From Macrostomum lignano (Eukaryota): a stretch of 64,000 nucleotides of DNA. The DNA lies in assembly GCA_002269645.1 (NCBI GenBank), contig NIVC01002252.1:124001-188000 (forward strand). Direction: 5' to 3'. Each line of letters begins with the position of its first letter. The first letter of the stretch is position 1. The position numbers and the translations under genes were made by a program. Below, in pieces: positions 1 to 12,709 of the stretch. The notes under the pieces are model-generated. The model was given only the letters and a program-made list of their open reading frames with translations, did no database searches and was not told where the DNA came from.

Positions 1-778
1 GACAACAATGGGTTAAAGGTAGTCCTGACTCACTGATGACTGATTGACAACAATGGGTTAAAGGTAGTCCTGACTCACTGATGACTGATTGACAACAATG
101 GGTTAAAGGTAGTCATGACCCACTGATGACTGATTGATAACAATGGGTTACAGGTATAGTCATGACCCACTGATGACTGATTGACAACAATGGGTTACAG
201 GTATAGTCATGACCCACTGATGACTGATTGACAACAATGGGTTACAGGTAGTCCTGACTCACTGATGACTGATTAACAACAATGGGTTAAAGGTAGTCAT
301 GACCCACTGATGACTGATTGACAACAATGGGTTACAGGTATAGTCATGACCCACTGATGACTGATTGACAACAATGGGTTACAGGTATAGTCATGACCCA
401 CTGATGACTGATTGACAACAATGGGTTACAGGTATAGTCATGACCCACTGATGACTGATTGACAACAATGGGTTACAGGTAGTCCTGACCCACTGATGAC
501 TGATTGACAACAATGGGTGAAAGGTAGTCATGACCCACTGATGACTGATTGACAACAATGGGTTACAGGTAGTCCTGACCCACTGATGACTGATTGACAA
601 CAATGGGTGAAAGGTAGTCCTGACCCACTGATGACTGATTGACAACAATGGGTTACAGGTAGTCCTGACCCACTGATGACTGATTGACAACAATGGGTTA
701 CAGGTAGTCCTGACCCACTGATGACTGATTGACAACAATGGGTTACAGGTAGTCCTGACCCACTGATGACTGATTAAG
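1..778. repeat. Minisatellite, 45/47-bp unit (GTAGTCCTGACCCACTGATGACTGATTGACAACAATGGGTTACAG), runs off the left edge
   Basis: Direct tandem copies visible from base 1; the ORF 391..789 is just its translation. Confidence 0.95.
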
Positions 779-1444
779 ACAAAAATCAATTTTAAGTTAT
801 CTACTTGCCGCTGTGAGTAGTATACTCTGCTAAATAAAGAAACTATATACCATTAGGTGTCAAAGAATGAAAGAAAAAACACAGTTTTTACCTGGCGTCT
901 AATATTCAATTGAGAATAATATTAGCCGTAACTAAGGCGCAATTATATAGTTTGACTATGTTTCATAACTACGACTAATTGTTTCTTTAGCATAAAGATT
1001 TGTATGAATTTTCACATGGGTAAATAATAACAAATATTATTATGTAAAGCAATAAGAAGGCACAGCACAACATACAGAAAAGCAGAGACAGATCACATCT
1101 CGACAAGAGAGATTTTAACAGAGTCAGTGCTATTAATGGAAATAATTATTGCTTAATATAGAATAAAAGTTGGGGGTGTATTATCTCAATTGCACCCAGT
1201 TACTAAATTACACTTATTGAAGTAACAATGCGATGACAATAAAAAATAACAATTTCGTATAATTATGGGAAATAATATATAATATATTTATTAGCACCGA
1301 ACAATGATGGAAGGTACGCGTAATTAAAATGAGTAATTCACCACAAGATAATTTCATATAGTCTGCTTCTGTTTACGAAAAGAAAATAATTTAAAGAACT
1401 TTTACATTATGGCTTGATAAAACAGATGAAAGTGAAATGAGTTT

Positions 1445-1790
1445 CTGTGAGAGGGTGGGTGCGAGGGTAAGAGGGTAGGTGAGAGGGTGAATGAGAGGGT
1501 AAGAGAGTAGGTGAGAGGGTAAGAAGGTGGGTGAGAGGGTAAGAGAGTAGATGAGAGGGTAAGAGGGTGGGTGAGAGGGTAAGTGAGAGGGTGGGTGAGA
1601 GGGTAAGATGGTGGGTGAGAGGGTAAGAGAGTAGGTGAGAGGGTAAGAGGGCGGGTGAGAGGGTAAGAGAGTAGGTGAGAGGGTAAGAGAGTGGGTGAGA
1701 GGGTAAGAGAGTAGGTGAGAGGGTAAGAGAGTGGGTGAGAGGGTAAGAGAGTAGGTGAGAGGGTAAGAGGGTAAGAGGGTAAGAGGGTGT
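1445..1790. repeat. Purine-rich 20-bp minisatellite (GTGAGAGGGTAAGAGAGTAG)
   Basis: Tandem copies about 140 bp downstream of the EXOC5 stop. Confidence 0.9.
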
Positions 1791-1928
1791 GTAGCACTGT
1801 TGCGCTCAAGAACAGGTAACTGCAAGCTAATGAAGCCGGATACAAAACAACAAACTACTGCAATTCAAAATCTCACAACAGATAATAACCACCCCCTCCC
1901 TAAAATCGCAACTGGTAAAAAATTATTC

Positions 1929-4900
1929 TTAAATCTTTTCTAACGCAGCCTTGACCTCAGCGCTACCGCTGTCGGTCCTGAGCATAATGAAGCTCTGCTT
2001 GACCTCCCTACTCAGCGATCGAAGCGACTCCTCCTCGCAGATGTCGTGCAGATTAGCTGGTTGGATCACCAGCAAGTTCAGCAGTTTGCACAGCACATCG
2101 TACAGGTCGTGGCCGTCAACAAGGAACCCGGAGTGCCTGACCGGTTTCAGACAGGCCATGTACTCCGTGAGGTCGCACAGCGCTTGCAGGCCGCCAGACA
2201 GGGAGTACTTGAACTTGTGCAGGTGCTCGACCAGGCATCTGGGGTCGGGGGAGATACATGTATATGGGATGCAGAATGTGGCTTCTCGTTCAAATCCTTA
2301 ATCCCGTAATCCTTATCTTCAAACCTGATCCTCTCCATAATTTCCTATCTCATTTTCCCCATACCCCTGCATCCCAGAATCCTCATACTTAAATCCCATC
2401 TTTTGTCCCCCTTCCTCAGCATTTCAAATCTCCGCCCTAAAGCATCCCAAGTTTCCAATTTTAGCATCGCAAATCTCCATCCTCAGCATCCCAAGTCATT
2501 ATCCTCCGCATCCCAAATCCTCATCCTCAGCATCCCGAATCACCATAACCTGAACATACTAAATTCCCATCCTCAGCATCCCGAATCCCCATCCTCAGCA
2601 TCCTAAATCCCCATATCCTCAGCATCCTAAATCCCCATATCCTCAGCATCCCAAATCCCCATATCCTCAGCATCCCAAATCCCCATATCCTCAGCATCCC
2701 AAATCCCCATTGTCAGCATCCCAAATCCCGATTGTCAGCATCCCAAATCCCCATATCCTCAGCATCCCAAATCCCCATATCCTCAGCATCACAAATCCCC
2801 ATATCCTCAGCATCCTAAATCCCCATATCCTCAGCATCCTAAATCCCCATATCCTCAGCATCCCAAATCCCCATATCCTCAGCATCCTAAATCCCCATAT
2901 CCTCAGCATCCCAAATCCCCATATCCTCAGCATCCTAAATCCCCATATCCTCAGCATCCCAAATCCCCATATCCTCAGCATCCTAAATCCCCATATCCTC
3001 AGCATCTTAAATCCCCATATCCTCAGCATTTTAAATCCCCATATCCTCAGCATCCCAAATCCCCATTGTCAGCATCACAAAATTCCATCCCATCTCCAAT
3101 CCAACCCTCCATCTCCGCCACCCACCTGTACAGCCGGATCCCCAGCTCATCCCGGAACAGCTGCCCATTCTTGCCGTCCAGGAAGGCCAGCCGCCCCACC
3201 ACGTGGCCGCTGATGTAGGCGCAGACCTGGGCGCAGGCGTGCGTAGCCCCGCCGCTGATGCTGGCGCCGCCGTCTGAACCGCCAATTGGTGGTCGAAAAT
3301 CGGCAGCTTTCTGCTCGGAGTTCAACAGGTGCCGGACGTGGCCGACAATGGCGGCCAGGGTTCGCTCCAGGCCTTGCTGGATTTGAGCTTCCAGACCGCA
3401 GCTGATTGCTCGACGACGCTCTTGCACCTTGGGTGGGGGATTTGAGAAGTGGGAGTCAAGTCTGGACAATGAAATCCCACATGTAAACAGTTGAAACAGA
3501 TATTTATACAATTTATCTATAAAATCAAAGCAGAGATCTTCACAATCAAAGAAGAGATCTACACAATCAAAGCAGAGATCTACACAATTGATCTACACAA
3601 TTAAAACAGAGATCTACACACTGATCTACACAATCAAAGCAGAGATCTCCACACGGAGCTACACAATCAAAACAGAGATCTACACAATCAAAACAAAGAT
3701 CTACACAATCAAAGCAGAGATCTACACAATTGATCTACACAATTAAAACAGAGATCTACACACTGATCTACACAATCAAAGCAGAGATCTACACACTGAG
3801 CTACACAATCAAAGCAGAGATCTACACAATCAAAGCAGAGATTTACACAATCAAAGCAGAGATCTACACAATCAAAGCAGAGATTTACACAATCAAAGCA
3901 GAGATCTACACAATCAAAGCAGAGACCTACACAATCAAAGCAGAGATCTACACAATCAAAGCAGAGATTTACACAATCAAAGCAGAGATCTACACAATCA
4001 AAGCAGAGATCTACACAATCAAAGCAGAGATCTACACAATCAAAGCAGAGATCTACACACTGATCTACACAATAAAAGCAGAGATCTACACATTTAAAAC
4101 AGAGATCTACAAACTGATCTACACAATCAAAGCAGAGATCTACACACTGAGCTACACAATCAAAGCAGAGATCTACACACTGAGCTACACAATCAAAGCA
4201 GAGATCTACACACTGATCTACACAATCAAAGCAGAGATCTCCACACGGAGCTACACAATCAAAACAGAGATCTACACAATCAAAACAAAGATCTACACAA
4301 TCAAAGCAGAGATCTACACAATTGATCTACACAATTAAAACAGAGATCTACACACTGATCTACACAATCAAAGCAGAGATCTACACACTGAGCTATACAA
4401 TCAAAGCAGAGATCTACACAATCAAAGAAGAGATCTACACAATCAAAGCAGAGATCTGCACAATCAAAGCAGAGATCTACACAATCAAAGCAGAGATCTA
4501 CACAATCAAAGCAGAGATCTACACAATCAAAGCAGAGATCTACACACTGATCTACACAATAAAAGCAGAGATCTACACATTTAAAACAGAGATCTACAAA
4601 CTGATCTACACAATCAAAGCAGAGATCTACACACTGAGCTACACAATCAAAGCAGAGATCTACACACTGATCTACACAATCAAAGCAGAGATCTCCACAC
4701 GGAGCTACACAATCAAAACAGAGATCTACACAATCAAAACAAAGATCTACACAATCAAAGCAGAGATCTACACAATTGATCTACACAATTAAAACAGAGA
4801 TCTACACACTGATCTACACAATCAAAGCAAAGATCTACACACTGAGCTATACAATCAAAGCAGAGATCTACACAATCAAAGAAGAGATCTACACAATCAA

Positions 4901-7900
4901 AGCAGAGATCTGCACAATCAAAGCAGAGATCTACACAATCAAAGAAGAGATCTACACAATCAAAGCAGAGATCTACACAATCAAAGCAGAGATCTACACA
5001 CTGATCGACACAATCAAAGCAGAGATCTACACAATCAAAGCAGAGATCTACACACTGATCGACACAATCAAAGCAGAGATCTACACAATCAAAGCAGAGA
5101 TCTACACAATTGATCTACACAATTAAAACAGAGATCTACACACTGATCTACACAATCAAAGCAGAGATCTCCACACGGAGCTACACAATCAAAACAGAGA
5201 TCTACACAATCAAAACAAAGATCTACACAATCAAAGCAGAGATCTACACAATTGATCTACACAATTAAAACAGAGATCTACACACTGATCTACACAATCA
5301 AAGCAGAGATCTACACACTGAGCTACACAATCAAAGCAGAGATCTACACAATCAAAGAAGGGATCTACACAATCAAAGCAGAGATCTACACAATCAAAGC
5401 AGAGATCTACACAATCAAAGCAGAGACCTACACAATCAAAGCAGAGATCTACACAATCAAAGCAGAGATCTACACAATCAAAGAAGAGATCTACACAATC
5501 AAAGCAGAGATCTACACAATCAAAGCAGAGATCTACACACTGATCGACACAATCAAAGCAGAGATCTACACAATCAAAGCAGAGATCTACACAATTGATC
5601 TACACAATTAAAACAGAGATCTACACACTGATCTACACAATCAAAGCAGAGATCTCCACACGGAGCTACACAATCAAAACAGAGATCTACACAATCAAAA
5701 CAAAGATCTACACAATCAAAGCAGAGATCTACACAATTGATCTACACAATTAAAACAGAGATCTACACACTGATCTACACAATCAAAGCAGAGATCTACA
5801 CACTGAGCTACACAATCAAAGCAGAGATCTACACAATCAAAGAAGAGATCTACACAATCAAAGCAGAGATCTACACAATCAAAGCAGAGATCTACACACT
5901 GAGCTACACAATCAAAGCAGAGATCTACACACTGAGCTACACAATCAAAGCAGAGATCTACACACTGAGCTACACAATCAAAGCAGAGATCTACACACTG
6001 AGCTACACAATCAAAGCAGAGATCTACACACTGAGCTACACAATCAAAGCAGAGATCTACACACTGAGCTACACAATCAAAGCAGAGATCTACACACTGA
6101 GCGACACAATCAAAGCAGAGATCTACACACTGAGCTACACAATCAAAGCAGAGATCTACACACTGAGCTACACAATCAAAGCAGATATCTACACACTGAG
6201 CTACACACTGAGCCACAAGCTGCACCAACCTGAGCAAGCTGTGGCGAAGCGCCACCAGGCGCGGATTTAAGCGCCGGCGCCAAGATCTCGGAGTACTTGC
6301 TCTCGCACAGATGAAAAATCATATTGGCTTCGCGAACAGCTTCTAAGAAGCTGAGATTCGGCCTCTGAGCAACTTCATCAGTCTGAGGCAGGCCCAGAGC
6401 CGCCAAGCGCAGTCCATAGGTCACGTGCTCATCGTAGATGTACCTAAAGAATATGTCGGCCAGCTCTTTGGCCCGTTGGAAGAACTCGGAGCTCTGCGAC
6501 AGATGCCTGCAACGCGAGCAGCTCTGAGACACTTCGGCAACGATGTTAGCGACTGACAGGCCGCAGAGCAGAACCCGGCCGGCGCCCTGCTCTTCGGACA
6601 CGCCGGAGAAAATGTGCTGCAACAGGTTGTGCGGCCCCACCTGCTGCTGTTGAAGCACCTGCATTTGTGTGCGCAATAAAAAAATAATTAAAAATTCTGA
6701 ATCACTACTATAAGTATATCAGACCTGTGGCATGAGAATATCCCAGGATACGATGAGAGATAATGAGAGAATTATGAAAAATGATAAAATAATAAGAGAT
6801 GATGAGATGAGATAATCGTGAGATACATGATAAGATAAGAGAATCGCGAGAGAGATTATGAGATGAGAGAATCGTGAGAGAGATGATGAGATGAGAAAAT
6901 CGTGAGATAGATGATAAGATAAGAGAATCGCGAGAGAGATTATGAGATGAGAGAATCGAGAGAGATGATGAGAGAATCGAGAGAGATTGAGAGAATCGAG
7001 AGAGATGATGAGAGAATCGAGAGAGATTGAGAGAATCTAGAGAGAGATGATGAGAGAATCGAGAGAGATGATGAGAGAATCGAGAGAGATAATGAGAGAA
7101 TCGAGGGAGATAATGAGATGTTGAGAGAATCGAGAGATGATGAGATATGCTGAGAGAATTGAGAGAGATGATGAGAGAATCGAGAGAGATTATGAGAAAA
7201 GCGGGAGAGATGATGAGAGAACGCAGAGATGATGAGAGAATCGAGAGAGATGATGAGAAAACCGGGAGAGATGATGAGAGAATCGCAGAGATGATAAGAT
7301 ACTATCAGTCACAATACGTCGGTGCCAAAAAACAACAGAACACTCGCCTCCTTCCGTCGCACATGCCCCTGCTCCTCATAATACCTATCGAGCACCATCT
7401 GGCACCGTTCGTTAAGATTCTCCCGTTCCACTTGGAAGTAGCCGGACAGGTAAGGCAGGAACAGCGTGTGGCTCAGCTTGGCAAGGTCCACCCCCAGATG
7501 CAATTCGGCCAGGTCGTCGCAGGCTCGCCGATTCTCTTGATGGACAGATTCGAGCACTTTCAAATAGGCCGTCCGATCGTTGGGATCTACTTGACGAAAT
7601 CGGTTAGCAACTAGATCTTTGAGGCGTTTGGAGAATATAGCCTGACATAATTAAGGTAGGGAGAGAAATTTCAGATAAATTTATGCTGCTGCGAGGATAA
7701 GGTAATCATTTATTTAGATAGCAACTATTTACACTTCAGGTAGTAACTAACTACAATTCAGATAGCAACTAATTACACTTCAGGAGCAACTAATTACACT
7801 TCAGATAGCAACTAAATATACTTCAGATAGCAACTAATTACACTTCAGGTAGCAACTAAATATACTTCAGATAGCAACTAATTACACTTCAGGTAGCAAC

Positions 7901-10900
7901 GGATTACACTTCAGGTAGCAACTAATTACACTTCAGGTAGCAACGGATTACACTTCAGGTAGCAACTAATTACACTTCAGGTAGCAACAGATTACACTTC
8001 AGGTAGCAACTAATTACACTTCAGGTAGCAACTGATTACACTTCAGGTAGCCACTAATTACACTTCAGGTAGCAACGGATTACACTTCAGGTAGCAACTA
8101 ATTACACTTCAGGTAGCAACTAATTAAACTTCAAGTAGCAGCTGATTACACTTTAGATAGCTAATTACACTTCAGATAGCAACTAATTACACTTCAGGTA
8201 GCAACTAATTACACTTCAGATAGCAACTAATTACACTTCAGGTGGCAACTAATTACACTTCAGGTAGCAACTAATTAAACTTCAAGTAGCAGCTGATTAC
8301 ACTTTAGATAGCAACTAATTACACTTCAGGTAGCAACTAATTACACTTCAGATAGCAACTAAATATACTTCAGGTAGCAACTAATTACACTTCAGGTAGC
8401 AACTAATTACACTTTAGATAGCAACTAATTACACTTCAGGTAGCAACTAATTACAATTCAGATAGCAACTAATTACACTTCAGATAGCAACTAATTATAC
8501 TTCAGATAGCAACTAATTACACTTCAGGTAGCAACTAATTACACTCCAGATAGCGAATAATTACACTTCAGATAGTTGCTATTACACTTCTATAATTACA
8601 CTTCACTAATTACACAAATCATCTTGATAACCTACCTGAATAAAATCGCACATAACAGGTTCAGGACTAGCAAAGATCAACCGCGCCGATTCCATAGTTC
8701 GGCTAACGCACTGTTTCAATTCTCTGTGCACATCCGAGTCCAAATATGGCAAAGTTTTCAAACTTTCGGTCACGAATCGTTCGGTGCATCTTGAATAGGC
8801 TTTGAAGCTGGCAAGAATGACGGATAGGCGATGGCAGTAGTTGTAGTCTTTGCTCAGAAATGCCGACTCAAATTCTTTGTAGAGAAACTCGTCTACTTTC
8901 TTGTATTGCTCTGCAATTCGCGAGGGAGGTTGTGGTAGTAGACTTGCATATTTCAGATCATACTGATGATGTCAGGTGATGATGTCAGGTGATGCTGATG
9001 ATGTCAGGTGATGCTGATGATGTCAGGTGATGCTGATGATGTCAGGTGATGCTGATGATGTCAGGTGATGCTGATGATGTCAGGTGATGCTGATGATGTC
9101 AGATGATCCTGATGATGTCAGATGATCCTGATGATGTCAGATGATACTGATGATGTCAGATGATCCTGATGATGTCAGATGATACTGATGATGTCAGATG
9201 ATCCTGATGATGTCAGATGATCCTGATGATGTCAGATGATCCTGATGATGTCAGATGATCCTGATGATGTCAGATGATCCTGATGATGTCAGATGATACT
9301 GATGATGTCAGATGATACTGATGATGTCAGGTGATACTAATAATGTCAGGTGATACTGATGATGTCAGGTGATACTGATGATGTCAGGTGATACTGATGA
9401 TGTCAGGTGATACTGATGATGTCAGGTGATACTAATAATGTCAGGTGATACTGATGATGTCAGGTGATACTGATGATGTCAGGTGATACTGATGATGTCA
9501 GGTGATACTAATAATGTCAGGTGATACTGATGATGTCAGGTGATGCTGATGATGTCAGGTGATGCTGATGATGTCAGGTGATGCTGATGATGTCAGGTGA
9601 TGCTGATGATGTCAGGTGATTCTGATGATGTCAGGTGATTCTGATGATGTCAGGTGATTCTGATGATGTCAGGTGATTCTGATGATGTCAGGTGATCCTT
9701 ATGATGTCAGGTGATACTGATTGTCGATGATGTCAGGTCATACTGAAGATGTCAGGTCATACTGATGATGTCAGGCCATACTTATGATGTCAAACGATAC
9801 AGAATGGTAGATGATAAAATTGAGTGCAAATGTGGCAACAAAAAATATCCTACCAATAATTCGCTGCTTAGTCTTGAGGAATTCGTCAGTGTCAGGAAAC
9901 TCTGAGCAGATCTGGTACAGCTTCTGAATGGTGGCCGCGGTCTCAGCAAGCTGGAACAGAGTGCATGTGGCTTGATTTAAAAATTTAGGGCCCGACGCAT
10001 ACAGAAGCCTATTCAGATAGCTGTGTACTAACCGCGGCCAACTCTGCTTAACTTTCAGGCATTATTGACGAGGTCACAACCTATAGAACCTATATAGCAT
10101 CCACTGCAGAATCAGTGGGGGGGGTAAAGGGTTTAATGCGGTATTCCCCGAAGAATGGGGGTTCAATGCGGCATCCCCTGAAGAATGGGGGGGGGGTTCA
10201 ATGCGGCATCCCCTGAAGAATGGGGGGGGTCAATGCGGCATCCCCTGAAGAATGGGGGGAGTCAATGCGGCATCCCCTGAAGAATGGAGGGGGGGGTTCA
10301 ATGCGGCATCCCCTGAAGAATGGGGGGGGGTTCAATGCGGCATCCCCTGAAGAATGGGGGGGGTCAGTGCGGCATCCCCTGAAGAATGGGGGTCAGTGCG
10401 GCATCCCCTGAAGAATGGGGGGGGTCAGTGCGGCATCCCCTGAAGAATGGGGGGGGGGGGGTTCAATGCGGCATCCCCTGAAGAATGGGGGGGGTTCAAT
10501 GCGGCATCCCCTGAAGAATGGGGGGGTCAGTGCGGCATCCCCTGAAGAATGGGGGGAGTCAATGCGGCATCCCTGAAGAATGGAGGGGGGGGTTCAATGC
10601 GGCATCCCCTGAAGAATAGGGGGGGGGGTTCAATGCGGCATCCCCTGAAGAATGGAGGGGGGGTCAGTGCGGCATCCCCTGAAGAATGGGGGGGGTTCAA
10701 TGCGGCATCCCCTGAAGAATGGGGGGGGTTCAATGCGGCATCCCCTGAAGAATGGGGGGGGGGTTCAATGCGGCATCCCCTGAAGAATGGGGGGGGTCAG
10801 TGCGGCATCCCCTGAAGAATGGGGGGTCAGTGCGGCATCCCCTGAAGAATGGGGGGGGGTCAGTGCGGCATCCCCTGAAGAATGGGGGGGGGGGTTCAAT

Positions 10901-12709
10901 GCGGCATCCCCTGAAGAATGGGGGGGGGGTTCAATGCGGCATCCCCTGAAGAATGGGGGGGGGGGTCAGTGCGGCATCCCCTGAAGAATGGGGCTGGGTC
11001 AATGTGGCATCCCCTGAAGAATGGGGGGTCAGTGCGGCATCCCCTGAAGAATGGGGGGTCAGTGCGGCATCCCCTGAAGAATGGGGGGTCAATGCGGCAT
11101 CCCCTGAAGAATGGGGCTGGGTCAATGCGGCATCCCCTGAAGAATGGGGCTGGGTCAATGCGGCATCCCCTGAAGAATGGGGCTGGGTCAATGCGGCATC
11201 CCCTGAAGAATGGGGCTGGGTCAATGCGGCATCCCCTGAAGAATGGGGCTGGGTCAATGTGGCATCCCCTGAAGATTCATACTAACTACGGGTATTCCAA
11301 ATGAATATTTCACCTTGGGCGAGCCATGCGTCAACTCGAACGAAGTGCGCGACTCCAAGCAGAACTCGTGCAGGTGCCTCACTAGCAGCTCCATCTCGGC
11401 TAGCCGCTCTCTTGGCCCGTTGGCCGACTCGAGCTGGTCGCCAAGGTGACCGGCCTTGTGCGACACGGCGGTGATTCTGCGATCCAGCTGATCGAAGTGA
11501 TCGCGCACCTGTTTTGGGTTAATTAGTGAACTCATTAGGTAGTTTAACCTAAACTCATTAGGTAGTTAAACCTAAACTCATTAGGTAGTTTAACCTAAAC
11601 TCATTAGGTAGTTTAACCTGAACTTATTAGATAGTTTAACCTAAACTCATTAGGTAGTTAAACCTAAACTCATTAGGTCGTTTAACCTAAACTGATTAGA
11701 TGGTTTAACCTAAACTCATTAGATGGTTTAACCTAAACTCATTAGGTAGTTAAACCTAAACTAATTAGGTAGTTTAACCTAAACTCATTCGATGGCTAAC
11801 CTAAGCTAAGCTAATTAGATTGGTTGACCTAAATTCATTAGTTGGTTAACCTAAACTTATTTAGATGATTATTATAACTTCAACGTCATTATATGAATAT
11901 TATCTTTATGATTCCAAACTAAACTAAGTCTACAGTGTCCACTAACCCAGACGAGGATGCAGTTATCAACAATCTCACCTGCTCAAACGTGGCATAGATA
12001 CTAGCCACTTCGTCTCTGCATCGAGTCTCCTCAGTTTTGGCCCGCTCAATCAGCCTGCTCTGGTCCTGATGCAGAGCCGCTCTCAGCTCGTCTAGCTGGG
12101 CTACAACGCGCTCAAAACAGGCGGTGAGTCTGTCTGGATCGAATGCTCCGGGTTTCTGGCGAGCTGGATTTTCTCTGAGCTCCTTCAAAGCTTGGGTGTC
12201 AACAAAGTGTAGACAGTCGAAGTCCTTTAATTAGTTGTAGGAATTGTGCAGTCGGTTAATTAATCAGATAGGGCAGGGGTTTGAAACCTTCTGTACTCAG
12301 TAGCTATATAACAAAATAAATTGACAAAAATAGCTTTTCCTTCTGTGTATTTACACTGTAAAGAGAGAGGTAAGGAGATAGGAAAGGGGGGAGAGAGAAG
12401 AGGAAAGAGAAGAGGAGAGGAGATGGAAAGGGGAGAGGAGAAAGGAGACAACATGAGATGGACAAAAGAAGAGGGCAAAGCAACAAGCAAGTGATAAATT
12501 TACATGCTTCGAAAAAAATTAGGCGCTCATACAGCAACTTCAACTACAAGTTTATGATAAATAGTTGAAGACAAATAGGGAGGCCAGATATTGCCAACAT
12601 GTGAGGTAGGGATATTATTATGAATCATTACTTTAATAAAAAATTAATTTATTTAATGGATTATTACCTCAATTGTAAGCTCATCTTGAAGTTTAGTTAG
12701 TCCATCCAT
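1929..12709 (-). CDS. EXOC5: Exocyst complex component 5 (Sec10), about 729 aa; exons 12709-12668, 12224-11979, 11508-11314, 9950-9854, 8910-8636, 7641-7348, 6658-6230, 3427-3126, 2238-1929
   Basis: Spliced translation is phase-consistent (2190 nt). It follows recalled EXOC5 motifs colinearly: AFDPDRL, HLGDQLESANGPRER, IFASPEPV, FLEAVREANMIFHL, EQKAADFRP, FLDGKN..ELGIRLYR, LLVIQPANL. Introns are GT-AG except intron 6 (GC-AG). Confidence 0.92.
2560..3075. repeat. 24-bp minisatellite (AATCCCCATATCCTCAGCATCCCA) in EXOC5 intron 8; degenerate copies back to about 2400
   Basis: Tandem copies. Confidence 0.95.
3525..6210. repeat. 21-bp minisatellite (CTACACAATCAAAGCAGAGAT) with higher-order blocks, EXOC5 intron 7
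   Basis: Tandem copies; source of the IYTIKAE ORFs. Confidence 0.97.
6760..7295. repeat. GA-rich degenerate repeat of about 19-21 bp (GAGAGATGATGAGAGAATC), EXOC5 intron 6
   Basis: Tandem imperfect copies. Confidence 0.85.
7715..8615. repeat. 22-bp minisatellite (GTAGCAACTAATTACACTTCAG), EXOC5 intron 5
   Basis: Tandem copies. Confidence 0.95.
8955..9800. repeat. 19-bp minisatellite (GTGATNCTGATGATGTCAG), EXOC5 intron 4
   Basis: Tandem copies with variants arranged in blocks. Confidence 0.95.
10130..11275. repeat. Minisatellite of about 30-36 bp (TGCGGCATCCCCTGAAGAAT-Gn-TCAA) with variable G-run, EXOC5 intron 3
   Basis: Tandem copies. Confidence 0.95.
11525..11865. repeat. 23-bp minisatellite (CTAAACTCATTAGGTAGTTTAAC), EXOC5 intron 2
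   Basis: Tandem copies. Confidence 0.93.

Noticed and set aside
880-1370. Micro-exons on the - strand (1368-1342 and a 7-nt ACGCCAG near 891)
   Set aside because: Splice-like signals only; they cannot be linked to any gene within the window.
3730-6270. Long repetitive ORFs (IYTIKAE, VLKRVLG, MKIGD, SLSLSL, 61780-62767 etc.) as proteins
   Set aside because: They are translations of stop-free satellite units, mostly inside introns of well-supported genes, and often open in several frames or on both strands.
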